From Alkalilimnicola ehrlichii MLHE-1 (lineage in GTDB: Bacteria > Pseudomonadota > Gammaproteobacteria > Nitrococcales > Halorhodospiraceae): a DNA stretch of 32,000 bases. Positions 17,333 to 25,495 of this stretch are shown one piece after another. The number at the start of each line of letters is the position of its first letter. The first letter of the stretch is position 1. The DNA is taken from positions 1,890,001 through 1,922,000 of the forward strand of contig NC_008340.1 of assembly GCF_000014785.1 (NCBI RefSeq), written 5' to 3'. The notes under the pieces are model-generated. The model was given only the letters and a program-made list of their open reading frames with translations. It ran no database searches and was not told where the DNA came from. The translations under genes and the position numbers were made by a program.

Positions 17333-18604
17333 ATGATCTTCGAAAGCTTCAACACGGCGTTGACGGCCTATTTCGCCGCCGTGTTCGTCCTTGCAGTGAT
17401 ACTCGGTGCGGTGGTTAATAAGACCAACTTCTGCACCATGGGGGCGGTCTCCGACGTGGTCAACATGCAGGACTGGGGCCGGATGCGGGCCTGGTTCCTG
17501 GCCATCCTGGTGGCCATGTTGGGGGTCATTCTCTTCGAGGCCGCCGGCCTGATCGACCTGAGCAGCACCCAACCCCCCTACCGCCGGGCGCAGTTTCCCG
17601 TGGTGGAGTACATCCTCGGGGGGCTGATCTTCGGTATCGGCATGACCCTGGCCAGCGGCTGTGGCAACAAGACGCTCATCCGCGTTGGTGGCGGCAACAT
17701 CAAATCCATTCTGGTCATGGTGGTGCTGGGGATCGTCGCCTACTACACCATCAACCCCATCCCCGGCACCGAGCACAACCTGCGCGGCCTGCTGGTCTGG
17801 TGGTGGAGCTCGCCGTTGGCGATCGAGTTTTCCGTAGCCCAGGACGTTGGGCACGTGCTCGCCGGGCCGGACAACGCCACCGGCGTCCGGTTGATGATCG
17901 GCCTCGCCCTGGTGGCCGGCGTCGGCTGGTGGATATTCCGCTCCGCGGAGTTCCGAAGCAACCGCGACAACATCGTGGCCGGCGTCGTGATCGGCCTTTG
18001 CATTGCCCTGGCCTGGCTGGTTACCGACAACATTCGACTGCAGGATAGCTGGGGCGACGAGCATTCGCTGCCCGGCTACGTCCAGGAGTGGGATTTCGTC
18101 ACCGACGGGGAGGAGGCCTTCCGCCCTGCCAGCGCCGGCGGGGTGAACACCCAGTCCTTCACCTTCATTGGCCCCATCGCGCAGACGATCAATTATTTGG
18201 CCCGTGGCGCCGACAATGCCTATCTGACCTTCGGCGTGGTCTCCGTCAGCGGGGTGATACTCGGCTCCCTGCTCTGGGCGCTGCTCAGCCGGAGCTTCCG
18301 GGTCGAGTGGTTCGTCAATGGCCGCGACGTGCTCAACCATTTGGTCGGCGCGGCCTTGATGGGTTTCGGCGGCGTGATGGCCATGGGCTGCACCATCGGC
18401 CAGGGTGTCACCGGGCTGTCGACCCTCGCCCTCAGTGGCTTCTTTACCCTGGGCTCGATCATACTGGGCAGTGCACTGACCATGAAAATCCAGTACTACA
18501 AGATGCTATACGATGAGGAGGCGACCTTTGCCAAGGCGCTGATCACCGGCCTGGTGGACATGAAGCTGTTGCCCGGCTCCCTGCGCAAGCTCGAAGCGCT
18601 CTGA
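17333..18604 (+). CDS. YeeE/YedE family sulfur-compound transporter
   Basis: 423-aa polytopic protein with two repeats of the family motif: NKTNFCTMGAVSD...GIGMTLASGCGNKTLIRVGGGN and GFGGVMAMGCTIGQGVTGLSTLALSG. Confidence 0.9.
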   Translation: MIFESFNTALTAYFAAVFVLAVILGAVVNKTNFCTMGAVSDVVNMQDWGRMRAWFLAILVAMLGVILFEAAGLIDLSSTQPPYRRAQFPVVEYILGGLIFGIGMTLASGCGNKTLIRVGGGNIKSILVMVVLGIVAYYTINPIPGTEHNLRGLLVWWWSSPLAIEFSVAQDVGHVLAGPDNATGVRLMIGLALVAGVGWWIFRSAEFRSNRDNIVAGVVIGLCIALAWLVTDNIRLQDSWGDEHSLPGYVQEWDFVTDGEEAFRPASAGGVNTQSFTFIGPIAQTINYLARGADNAYLTFGVVSVSGVILGSLLWALLSRSFRVEWFVNGRDVLNHLVGAALMGFGGVMAMGCTIGQGVTGLSTLALSGFFTLGSIILGSALTMKIQYYKMLYDEEATFAKALITGLVDMKLLPGSLRKLEAL

Positions 18605-18623
18605 TCGGCGCCAAGGCAGAGGC

Positions 18624-20378
18624 ATGCTGAAACGGCTCCTACCCTTCCTGGCCTGGCCCCGGCCCACCGCCGACACGCTCAAGGCCGACCTGTTGGCCGG
18701 CGTCACGGTGGCGCTGGTCCTGGTACCACAGTCCATGGCCTACGCCACCCTGGCCGGCATGCCGCCCTACTACGGGCTGTATGCCGCCTTCCTGCCGGTG
18801 ATCGTGGCCGCCCTCTGGGGCTCGTCACCGCAACTGGCCACCGGGCCGGTGGCCGTGGTGGCGCTGCTGACGGCCGCGGCGCTGGCCCCGTTGGCGGAAG
18901 CGGGCAGCGGCGAGTTCATCACCCTGGCCATCGCCCTGGCCTTCATGGTCGGGGTGATCCAACTCCTGCTCGGCGCCTTCCGACTCGGCACCCTGGTGAA
19001 CTTCATCTCCCACCCGGTCATCATCGGGTTCACCAACGCCGCCGCCATCGTGATTGTGCTCTCCCAACTGGGTAGCCTGCTGGGGCTGTCGATGGACCGC
19101 AGCGGCAGTTTCCTGCTGGGGGTGCTCGACCTGTTGCAACGGGTGCCCCAGGCCCACGGGCCAACCGTACTGATGGGACTGGCGGCCATCGCCATGATGG
19201 TGGGGTGCAAGCGCTGGCTGCCGCGGATCCCCGGGGTGTTGCTGGCCGTCGCCGTACTCACGCCGGTCAGCCTATGGCTGGATTTCGAGGGCATGGGCGG
19301 CGCGGTGGTGGGCGGCATCCCGGAGGGCTTACCCACCCTGGGGATCCCGGAACTCGGCGTCACCACGGTCACCACGCTGATGACCACGGCACTGGTCATC
19401 GCCCTGGTCGCCTTCATGGAGGCGATCTCCATCGCCAAGGCCATCGCCACCCGGACCCGCGACCGTATCGATCCCAACCAGGAGTTGATCGGGCAGGGGC
19501 TGGGCAATCTGGTGGGCAGCTTCTCCAGCGCCTTTCCGGTCAGCGGTTCCTTCTCCCGCTCAGCCGTCAACTACAACGCCGGTGCCCGGACCGGGCTGTC
19601 CTCGGTCATCACCGGGTTGCTGGTGGCGCTCACCCTGCTCTTCCTCACCCCCCTGCTCTACCACCTGCCGCTGGCGGTGCTCGCGGCCATCATCATGATG
19701 GCGGTACTGGGCCTGGTGAACGTGAAGGCGGTGCGCCACGCCTGGCAGGCCAAACGCGACGATGGGATCGCGGCCGTGGTCACCTTCAGCGCCACCCTGA
19801 TCTTTGCCCCCCACCTGGATTACGGCATCCTGCTCGGCGCGGGGCTGGCCATCGTGCTCTATCTGTTACGGACCATGAAGCCACGGGTGGTGCTGCTCGC
19901 ACGCCACCCCGACGGCACCCTGCGCGATGCCGAGTACTTCGACCTGCCCCGCAGCCCCTACATCGCCGCCGTACGCTTCGACGGGGATCTCTATTTCGCC
20001 AACGTGGGCTACTTCGAGGACGCCATCCTCGATGCCCGGGCCCGACACCCGGAAGCGCGCTTCGTCCTCGTGGTGGCCAACGGCATCAACCAGATCGACG
20101 CCTCGGGCGAGGAGACCCTGCACAAACTGGCGGAGAACCTCCACGCCAGCGGCAGCACCCTGGTCCTGGCCGGTCTGAAGCTGCCTCTCCAGGAACTGCT
20201 GGAACGGACGGGGCTGAAGGAGGTAATTGGCGACGAGAATATCTACCGCAACGAACGCCACGCCCTGGCGGCGATTTATCAACGGATGGATGTACCCGGG
20301 TTTGATCCCGCGCGCTGCCCCCTGAACCCGGAGCCCGCGGGTGAAGCCGGCATCGCGGACAGCGCCGCCGAACGCTGA
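18624..20378 (+). CDS. SulP family anion permease with C-terminal STAS domain
   Basis: DLLAGVTVALVLVPQSMAYATLAGMPPYYGLYAAFLPVIVAALWGSS; PVSGSFSRSAVNYNAGARTGLSS; C-terminal STAS-like region FANVGYFEDAIL...INQIDASGEETL. Confidence 0.93.
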   Translation: MLKRLLPFLAWPRPTADTLKADLLAGVTVALVLVPQSMAYATLAGMPPYYGLYAAFLPVIVAALWGSSPQLATGPVAVVALLTAAALAPLAEAGSGEFITLAIALAFMVGVIQLLLGAFRLGTLVNFISHPVIIGFTNAAAIVIVLSQLGSLLGLSMDRSGSFLLGVLDLLQRVPQAHGPTVLMGLAAIAMMVGCKRWLPRIPGVLLAVAVLTPVSLWLDFEGMGGAVVGGIPEGLPTLGIPELGVTTVTTLMTTALVIALVAFMEAISIAKAIATRTRDRIDPNQELIGQGLGNLVGSFSSAFPVSGSFSRSAVNYNAGARTGLSSVITGLLVALTLLFLTPLLYHLPLAVLAAIIMMAVLGLVNVKAVRHAWQAKRDDGIAAVVTFSATLIFAPHLDYGILLGAGLAIVLYLLRTMKPRVVLLARHPDGTLRDAEYFDLPRSPYIAAVRFDGDLYFANVGYFEDAILDARARHPEARFVLVVANGINQIDASGEETLHKLAENLHASGSTLVLAGLKLPLQELLERTGLKEVIGDENIYRNERHALAAIYQRMDVPGFDPARCPLNPEPAGEAGIADSAAER

Positions 20379-20449
20379 CACGGGTCATGGCATGCGCCTG
20401 CGGGCGGCGTGACAGGGCCGTCCTGAGGGCCCCAGCTTTTGGAAGATGA

Positions 20450-21115
20450 CTAACCCTTTTCGCGGCGGGTCAGCCCCAGGTCCACCGCCTTGACCGCCGC
20501 TTCGACCCGCGATTTCACGCCCAGCTTGCGCAGAATGGACTTGATGTGAAGCTTGACCGTGCCATCCGAAACCCCGAGTTCACGCGCAATGACCTTGTTG
20601 CTCTCGGCCCGGGCCACGTGCATGAGAATCTCCCGCTCGCGGGGCGTCAGTGCAGCGAAGGGGTCCGGCGGACGGGACGCCTCGGCACCCTCCCGCTGGC
20701 TGCGACCGCCTGCCATCATCTGGACCAGGGTATCGGTCAGACGGCTGGCGACGGCGGTCTGACCGGCCAGGACCTTTTCCAGCCCCTGGATCAGTTCCGC
20801 CGGTTCCGCGTCCTTGACCAGGTAGCCGTTGGCGCCGGCCTGCAGGGCCTGCAGCAGATCACGCTCCTCGTCGCTCGAGGTGAGCATCACCACCGGCAAT
20901 TCCGAATCCCGGCTGCGAATGCGCTTGAGCACCTCCAGCCCGCCGGAGCCCGGCATACGCAGATCCAGCAGCACCACGTCGGGAGGGCTCTTGGCCAGCG
21001 CACTGAGGGCCTCGATCTCGGTGCCTGCGTGTTCCACCTGATACCCATGCTGGCTGAGCATGTCGCCCAGCGCCACCCGCAAAAGGGTGTGATCATCCAC
21101 CAGCAGGAGCCGCAT
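20450..21115 (-). CDS. NarL/FixJ-type response regulator
   Basis: Receiver domain MRLLLVDDHTLLRVALGDML...DVVLLDLRMPG...YLVKDAEP and LuxR HTH LTPREREILMHVARAESNKVIARELGVSDGTVKLHIKSILRKLGVKSRVEA. The ATG overlaps the upstream kinase stop. Confidence 0.94.
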   Translation of the reverse strand: MRLLLVDDHTLLRVALGDMLSQHGYQVEHAGTEIEALSALAKSPPDVVLLDLRMPGSGGLEVLKRIRSRDSELPVVMLTSSDEERDLLQALQAGANGYLVKDAEPAELIQGLEKVLAGQTAVASRLTDTLVQMMAGGRSQREGAEASRPPDPFAALTPREREILMHVARAESNKVIARELGVSDGTVKLHIKSILRKLGVKSRVEAAVKAVDLGLTRREKG

Positions 21116-22455
21116 CAGCCCCGTTCCTCCCGACCGGGGCAACGGCCGCAGGAAGGCAGATAGACGGCGATCCGGGTCCCCTCCCCCAGTTCGCTTTGGA
21201 TCTCCAGATGGCCGCCGATGGCGTCGGCGCGGTCGCGCATCACGCCCAGGCCCAAGTGGTGGCCGTCGTCACCGTCACGGTGATCCGGCGGCGAATCGGC
21301 GAAACCGCGCCCGTCGTCCTCCACCACCAGCTCCATGTCGCAGCCAATCCGGTGCAAGGCCACCTGAACATGGCGGGCGCCGCTGTGGTTCCTGACATTG
21401 TTCAGCGCCTCCTGCACGATACGCAGGACCTGGAACTCTTGGTCGGGACTGAGCCGTCCCCGCGGCCAGTCATGGCTGAGCAGCACCCGGATGCCGCTAT
21501 CGCGCTGGAAACGGTGCACCAGCCGTTTGAGCGCGGGCTCCAGGCCACCCCCCTCCAGGGCGATACGGAATTGCCCCATGAGTTGACGCAGTTCGCCATA
21601 GGCCTGGTCCAGGCCGCGCCGCACATGGCGCAGGCCGGCACGCAGCCCGCCCGGCGCCCGTCCACCGCCGTGGCTGGCCTCCAGGTTGCGCACCTCCAGG
21701 CCCAACGCCGCCAACCGCTGGGCGAGGCAATCGTGGAGTTCGTGGGTGATCTGGCTGCGCTCCTGCTCCAGCGATTGCAGGCGGGCCTCGCTCTCGCGCC
21801 GGATGCGCTCCATCGCCAGCCCGAGGTGCTCGCCGGCCATCTGCAGCATGCGGTGCAGATTGAGCTGCTGCCACTGCTGCAGCATGACCGGCTCGAGGAA
21901 CAGGCTGAACACGCCCAGGCGGCGGTCGTCAGCGGTCAACGGCACCGCCAGCAGGTGCAGGTCCTCGTGCCCGATGGGGCGCTGGTAGCGCTTATGGCGG
22001 CAACCCTTCATACCGGGGTTGGAGATCAGACATCCGCGGAGGGCGGCCTCACCACAGGCGCAGTCCTCCGGCCGGACCCCACAGTCGTTTTCGGGGTAGT
22101 CGTCGCCGACGCCACGGGCGGCCACCAGGCGCAGCGTGCCCTCTGCGTCCATACGGCGGACCACGCCGGCAGTGGCCCCGGTGGCGCGCATCAATTGCTC
22201 CAGCGCTCCACTGAGCAGGGTTTCCAGATCATCACAGCGTTCGCTGGAGGTGCTCAGCGTATACAGCACTTCCATGGCCCGCGCACGCTCGCGCAGGGCC
22301 ACGATCTCGTCGTTCTCAGGGCCCGCCCGGTCATGCGGCGGAACCGCGTTGCTCTCCGCCGGCACCTCCACGAGCGAGACGGGCAGGCGTTTTCCCATAG
22401 GCACCATCGACCGAGCCGCGGAATGGAACCATGCGGGCGCATTCACGTTACCCAT
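21115..22455 (-). CDS. NarX/DegS-type histidine kinase, apparently soluble, with GAF-like cysteine-rich sensor region
   Basis: HisKA_3-type box SQITHELHDCLAQRLAALGLEVRNLE; HATPase motifs VLRIVQEALNNVRNHSGARHVQV and DDGRGF; sensor region DCGVRPEDCACGEAALRGCLISNPGMKGCRHKRY. No obvious transmembrane segment. Confidence 0.9.
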   Translation of the reverse strand: MGNVNAPAWFHSAARSMVPMGKRLPVSLVEVPAESNAVPPHDRAGPENDEIVALRERARAMEVLYTLSTSSERCDDLETLLSGALEQLMRATGATAGVVRRMDAEGTLRLVAARGVGDDYPENDCGVRPEDCACGEAALRGCLISNPGMKGCRHKRYQRPIGHEDLHLLAVPLTADDRRLGVFSLFLEPVMLQQWQQLNLHRMLQMAGEHLGLAMERIRRESEARLQSLEQERSQITHELHDCLAQRLAALGLEVRNLEASHGGGRAPGGLRAGLRHVRRGLDQAYGELRQLMGQFRIALEGGGLEPALKRLVHRFQRDSGIRVLLSHDWPRGRLSPDQEFQVLRIVQEALNNVRNHSGARHVQVALHRIGCDMELVVEDDGRGFADSPPDHRDGDDGHHLGLGVMRDRADAIGGHLEIQSELGEGTRIAVYLPSCGRCPGREERG

Positions 22456-22752
22456 TGCACTCCTCCAGTCAGGGCCTTGTTACCGAGGGGCCTGACGCTT
22501 CCTCAACCGCCCGGGGGCGTTGTCGTTATAGTGGTGAACCGCGTCGTCCTGATGCCGGGGCATCGCAGCCGCGATTCACTGCTGTGAGCCCTCTTCGGGG
22601 CTTCTTACATTCAAAAATACAATAAGGTTATTCCATTGGCAAAGGTCTGGCCAAGCGAATCCTTGGTTCGCAACCGTTTCTTGCGTCATATCTCATTTCT
22701 CTGATTTTTTCGCTTGGTATTCCGACCGCGCGCCCGGGCGGATCGATCGTGC

Positions 22753-22772
22753 CCTATCCCCTTTGGGATAGG
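22753..22772. promoter_or_regulatory. Inverted repeat CCTATCCC-CTTT-GGGATAGG containing TATCCCC-TT-TGGGATA
   Basis: Perfect 8-bp arms about 100 bp upstream of the first ORF of the tusA/fccAB block. Core identical to 3828-3843. Confidence 0.6.
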
Positions 22773-22798
22773 CCCCACCCCACCCCCCTCCCATCAGA

Positions 22799-22851
22799 CG
22801 GATTGTCGCTCTGGCGCAGACTGGCGATGCTCCCACCTGAGCATCAATCCG
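22799..22851. repeat. Nested inverted repeats (CGGATTG...CAATCCG enclosing GATGCTC-N6-GAGCATC) upstream of the 65-aa ORF
   Basis: Read directly: cggattgtcgctctggcgcagactggcgatgctcccacctgagcatcaatccg. Confidence 0.45.
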
Positions 22852-22868
22852 CATGACTGGGAGGGCCC

Positions 22869-23066
22869 ATGGATCAGACCTACTACAAGACCATCACCCA
22901 GCTCGAGGAGCGCGGCGTGGACCCGGAATACCTCCAGGGCTGGGTCGGGGGGTATCTCCACAATCCCCCGCGGGAGGAGCAACGCGTCACCGCGGCCTAC
23001 GAGGCCGGGTACCAGGACGGCCGGGCCGGGAGCACCGATAGCGCCCAGCAATGGCAGCGCCATTGA
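22869..23066 (+). CDS. Small soluble protein (65 aa), unknown function
   Basis: MDQTYYKTITQLEERGVDPEYLQGWVGGYLHNPPREEQRVTAAYEAGYQDGRAGSTDSAQQWQRH. First ORF of the tusA-containing + strand block, 34 bp before tusA. Confidence 0.65.
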   Translation: MDQTYYKTITQLEERGVDPEYLQGWVGGYLHNPPREEQRVTAAYEAGYQDGRAGSTDSAQQWQRH

Positions 23067-23100
23067 CCCCACAACCCGTCATCATCACAGCGAGAGAGGC

Positions 23101-23340
23101 ATGGAAACCATGAGTATTGATCAGGAACTCGACGCTAGCGGTCTCAACTGCCCCCTGCCCATTCTGCAGGCCAAGAAACAACTGGCCAAAATGGAGGGCG
23201 GCCAGACCCTGCGCATCATCGCCACGGACCCCGGTTCAGTGAAAGACTTCGATTCCTTCGCCAAACAAACCGGCCACGAACTGCTGGAGAACGGCGAGGA
23301 AGGCGGCAAATTCACGTTCCTAATAAAGAAAAAGGGCTAA
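23101..23340 (+). CDS. tusA: TusA family sulfur carrier protein
   Basis: LDASGLNCPLPILQAKKQLAKMEGGQTLRIIATDPGSVKDFDSFAKQTGHELLE (Cys-Pro-x-Pro motif). Alternative start at 23110. Confidence 0.93.
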   Translation: METMSIDQELDASGLNCPLPILQAKKQLAKMEGGQTLRIIATDPGSVKDFDSFAKQTGHELLENGEEGGKFTFLIKKKG

Positions 23341-23433
23341 TACTTCGCCCTGCCACAAAGAACGATATAACGATTTAAAAAGCCGAAGTTCGGGCCCGCA
23401 TCGCCACCATGCCGGGCTTGGAGGAGAGTGAAG

Positions 23434-24072
23434 ATGCAACACAAAGGCTTAAGGGCCACTCTGGCCACCCTGGCGCTCGCCGGCGGGCTGCTTGCCACCG
23501 GCTGGGCGGTCGCGGAGGTCACCACGCCCTCCGGAAAAATGCTGGCCAACACCTGCAGCGGCTGTCACGGCACCGACGGCGTCAGCCATGGCCCCACCAT
23601 CCCCACCATCGCCGGCCAGCCCGAAGAATACTTCATCTACGTGATGCGCAAGTACCACACGGGCGATGCGCCCGGCTCGGTCATGAACCGGGTGGGGGAG
23701 GGCTATACCGACGCTGAGATCCGCGCGATGGCGGAGTACTACGCCGCCGTTGATTATGTCCCCGCCCAACAGGACTACGACACCGATCTGGCCCGCCGCG
23801 GCGCGGAGCTGCACGAGCAGAGCTGTGCCAGCTGCCACACCGCCAACGGCACCGTTGGCGAGGACGACCTGCCCATCATTGCCGGCCAATGGGCCCCCCA
23901 CCTGCGCTACACACTGGTCGATTACCTCCAGTTCGGACGCCCCTTCACCGAGGGCAAGCGTTCGCAGTTCATGGAGATCGCCCAGGGCTACTCCACCGAG
24001 GAGATTTTGGAGAACATCGACGCCCTGGTGCATTTCTATGTCAGTCAGCAGGATCCGGAGCTCTTCGAGTAA
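23434..24072 (+). CDS. fccA: Flavocytochrome c sulfide dehydrogenase, diheme cytochrome subunit
   Basis: Signal peptide and two CxxCH motifs (CSGCH, CASCH), adjacent to fccB. AGGAGAG Shine-Dalgarno upstream. Confidence 0.9.
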   Translation: MQHKGLRATLATLALAGGLLATGWAVAEVTTPSGKMLANTCSGCHGTDGVSHGPTIPTIAGQPEEYFIYVMRKYHTGDAPGSVMNRVGEGYTDAEIRAMAEYYAAVDYVPAQQDYDTDLARRGAELHEQSCASCHTANGTVGEDDLPIIAGQWAPHLRYTLVDYLQFGRPFTEGKRSQFMEIAQGYSTEEILENIDALVHFYVSQQDPELFE

Positions 24073-24099
24073 CCCGGCGGGATCGACCAAGGAGGCACC

Positions 24100-25413
24100 A
24101 TGTCACAGCTTAATCGTAGGGATTTTCTGAAACTCGCCGGCTCCTCCGGGCTGGTCGCCGGTCTCCCGGCTACCGGCCTGCTGACCAGCGGCGGCGCCCG
24201 GGCCAGCAGCAACGGACGGGTGGTGATCATCGGCGGCGGCACCGGTGGCGCCACCGCCGCCCGTTACATCAAGCGCGCCTCACCCGGCACCGAGGTCACC
24301 CTCATCGAGGCCAAGCCGGTCCACCACACCTGCTACGTTAGCAACACGGTGATCGCCAGCCTGCGCGACCTGGATGACATCGCCCACGGCTACGACGGCC
24401 TGCGAGCGCTCGGCATCAACGTAGTCATCGACAAGGCCACCGCCATCGACGGCGAGGCGCAGACCGTCCGCACCGAGGGTGGCGAAACCTTCGAATACGA
24501 CCGCCTGGTGGTCTCGCCGGGCATCGAGCTGAAGTACGACGCCATCGAGGGTTATAGCGAGGCAGCCGCTGAGACCATGCCCCACGCCTGGATCGCCGGC
24601 GACCAGACCACTCGGCTGCGCGATCAGATCCGCGCCATGCCCGAGGGCGGGCTGGTGGTGCTGGCGCCGCCGCCGAACCCCTACCGCTGCCCACCCGGGC
24701 CCTATGAGCGGGCCTCGCTGATCGCCCACTACCTCAAGGCGCACAAGCCCGGCTCCAAACTGCTCATCCTCGACAGCAAGAACGCCTTCTCCAAGCAGGG
24801 TCTGTTCGAGCAGGGCTGGGAGATGTACTACTCGGACATCATTGAATGGGTGCCGGAGTCCGACTCCGCCGGCGGTGTCACCCGGGTCGATGCGGACAAC
24901 ATGACCGTCCACACCCCCTTCGACGACTTCGAACCGGACGTGGCCAATATCATTCCCGCCCAGAGGGCAGGCCGTATCGCGATTGAGGCGGGGCTCACCG
25001 ACGGCGGTGACTGGTGTCCGGTGGACCGGCGCACCTTCGAGTCCACGGTCATTCCGAACATCCACGTCATTGGTGATGCCTCCATCGCGGCGGCCATGCC
25101 GAAGTCCGGCTACTCGGCCAACTCCCAGGCCAAGGTCACCGCCCTGGCCATCGCGGCCTACCTGAACGGCATGGAGCCGGAGGCCGACCCGCGGTTCGCC
25201 AATGCCTGCTACAGCCTGGTCACGCCGGACCACTCGGTGTCGGTCAACGCCGTCTACAAGCTCAAGGAGGATCCCGACGCACCGGCCGGGGTCGCCCTCG
25301 ACAACATCGCCGGGGGCGTCTCGCCCATCGATGCGTCACAGACGTATCGGCGGCGCGAAGCCGCCTTCACCGAGAGTTGGTATCGCAATTTCCCCAAGGA
25401 TATCTGGGGTTAG
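24100..25413 (+). CDS. fccB: Flavocytochrome c sulfide dehydrogenase, flavoprotein subunit
   Basis: Tat signal [10 protein letters not shown]; [21 protein letters not shown]; VHHTCYVSN (FAD-attachment cysteine region); [24 protein letters not shown]. Confidence 0.95.
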   Translation: MSQLNRRDFLKLAGSSGLVAGLPATGLLTSGGARASSNGRVVIIGGGTGGATAARYIKRASPGTEVTLIEAKPVHHTCYVSNTVIASLRDLDDIAHGYDGLRALGINVVIDKATAIDGEAQTVRTEGGETFEYDRLVVSPGIELKYDAIEGYSEAAAETMPHAWIAGDQTTRLRDQIRAMPEGGLVVLAPPPNPYRCPPGPYERASLIAHYLKAHKPGSKLLILDSKNAFSKQGLFEQGWEMYYSDIIEWVPESDSAGGVTRVDADNMTVHTPFDDFEPDVANIIPAQRAGRIAIEAGLTDGGDWCPVDRRTFESTVIPNIHVIGDASIAAAMPKSGYSANSQAKVTALAIAAYLNGMEPEADPRFANACYSLVTPDHSVSVNAVYKLKEDPDAPAGVALDNIAGGVSPIDASQTYRRREAAFTESWYRNFPKDIWG

Positions 25414-25421
25414 ACCGCGGC

Positions 25422-25441
25422 GGGGCCGGCCCGCCGGCCCC
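25422..25441. repeat. Perfect 9-bp hairpin GGGGCCGGC-CC-GCCGGCCCC between fccB and soeA
   Basis: Read directly in the fccB-soeA spacer. No T-tract. Confidence 0.5.
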
Positions 25442-25495
25442 GCTGCCCGCCACCCGCGCGACGAACCGATCCCGTAACACCATTCCCGTCAGGAG

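Noticed and set aside
15917-18340. 807-aa - strand ORF opposite dsrN and the YeeE gene
   Set aside because: Antisense open frame typical of high-GC genomes. Its sequence is low-complexity His/Gly/Arg/Val rich, and well-supported genes occupy the other strand.
21196-22587. 463-aa + strand ORF opposite the sensor kinase
   Set aside because: Antisense shadow; the kinase on the - strand has clear H-box and ATPase motifs.
23341-23353. tacttcgccctgc also occurs at window position 1-13, suggesting a possible duplicated element
   Set aside because: Only 13 bp; several such matches are expected by chance in 32 kb, one copy is inside a rhodanese coding frame, and flanks do not match.
23354-23400. AT-rich stretch cgatataacgatttaaaaag between tusA and fccA as an internal promoter
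   Set aside because: A -10-like element is plausible, but no convincing -35 element at correct spacing was found.
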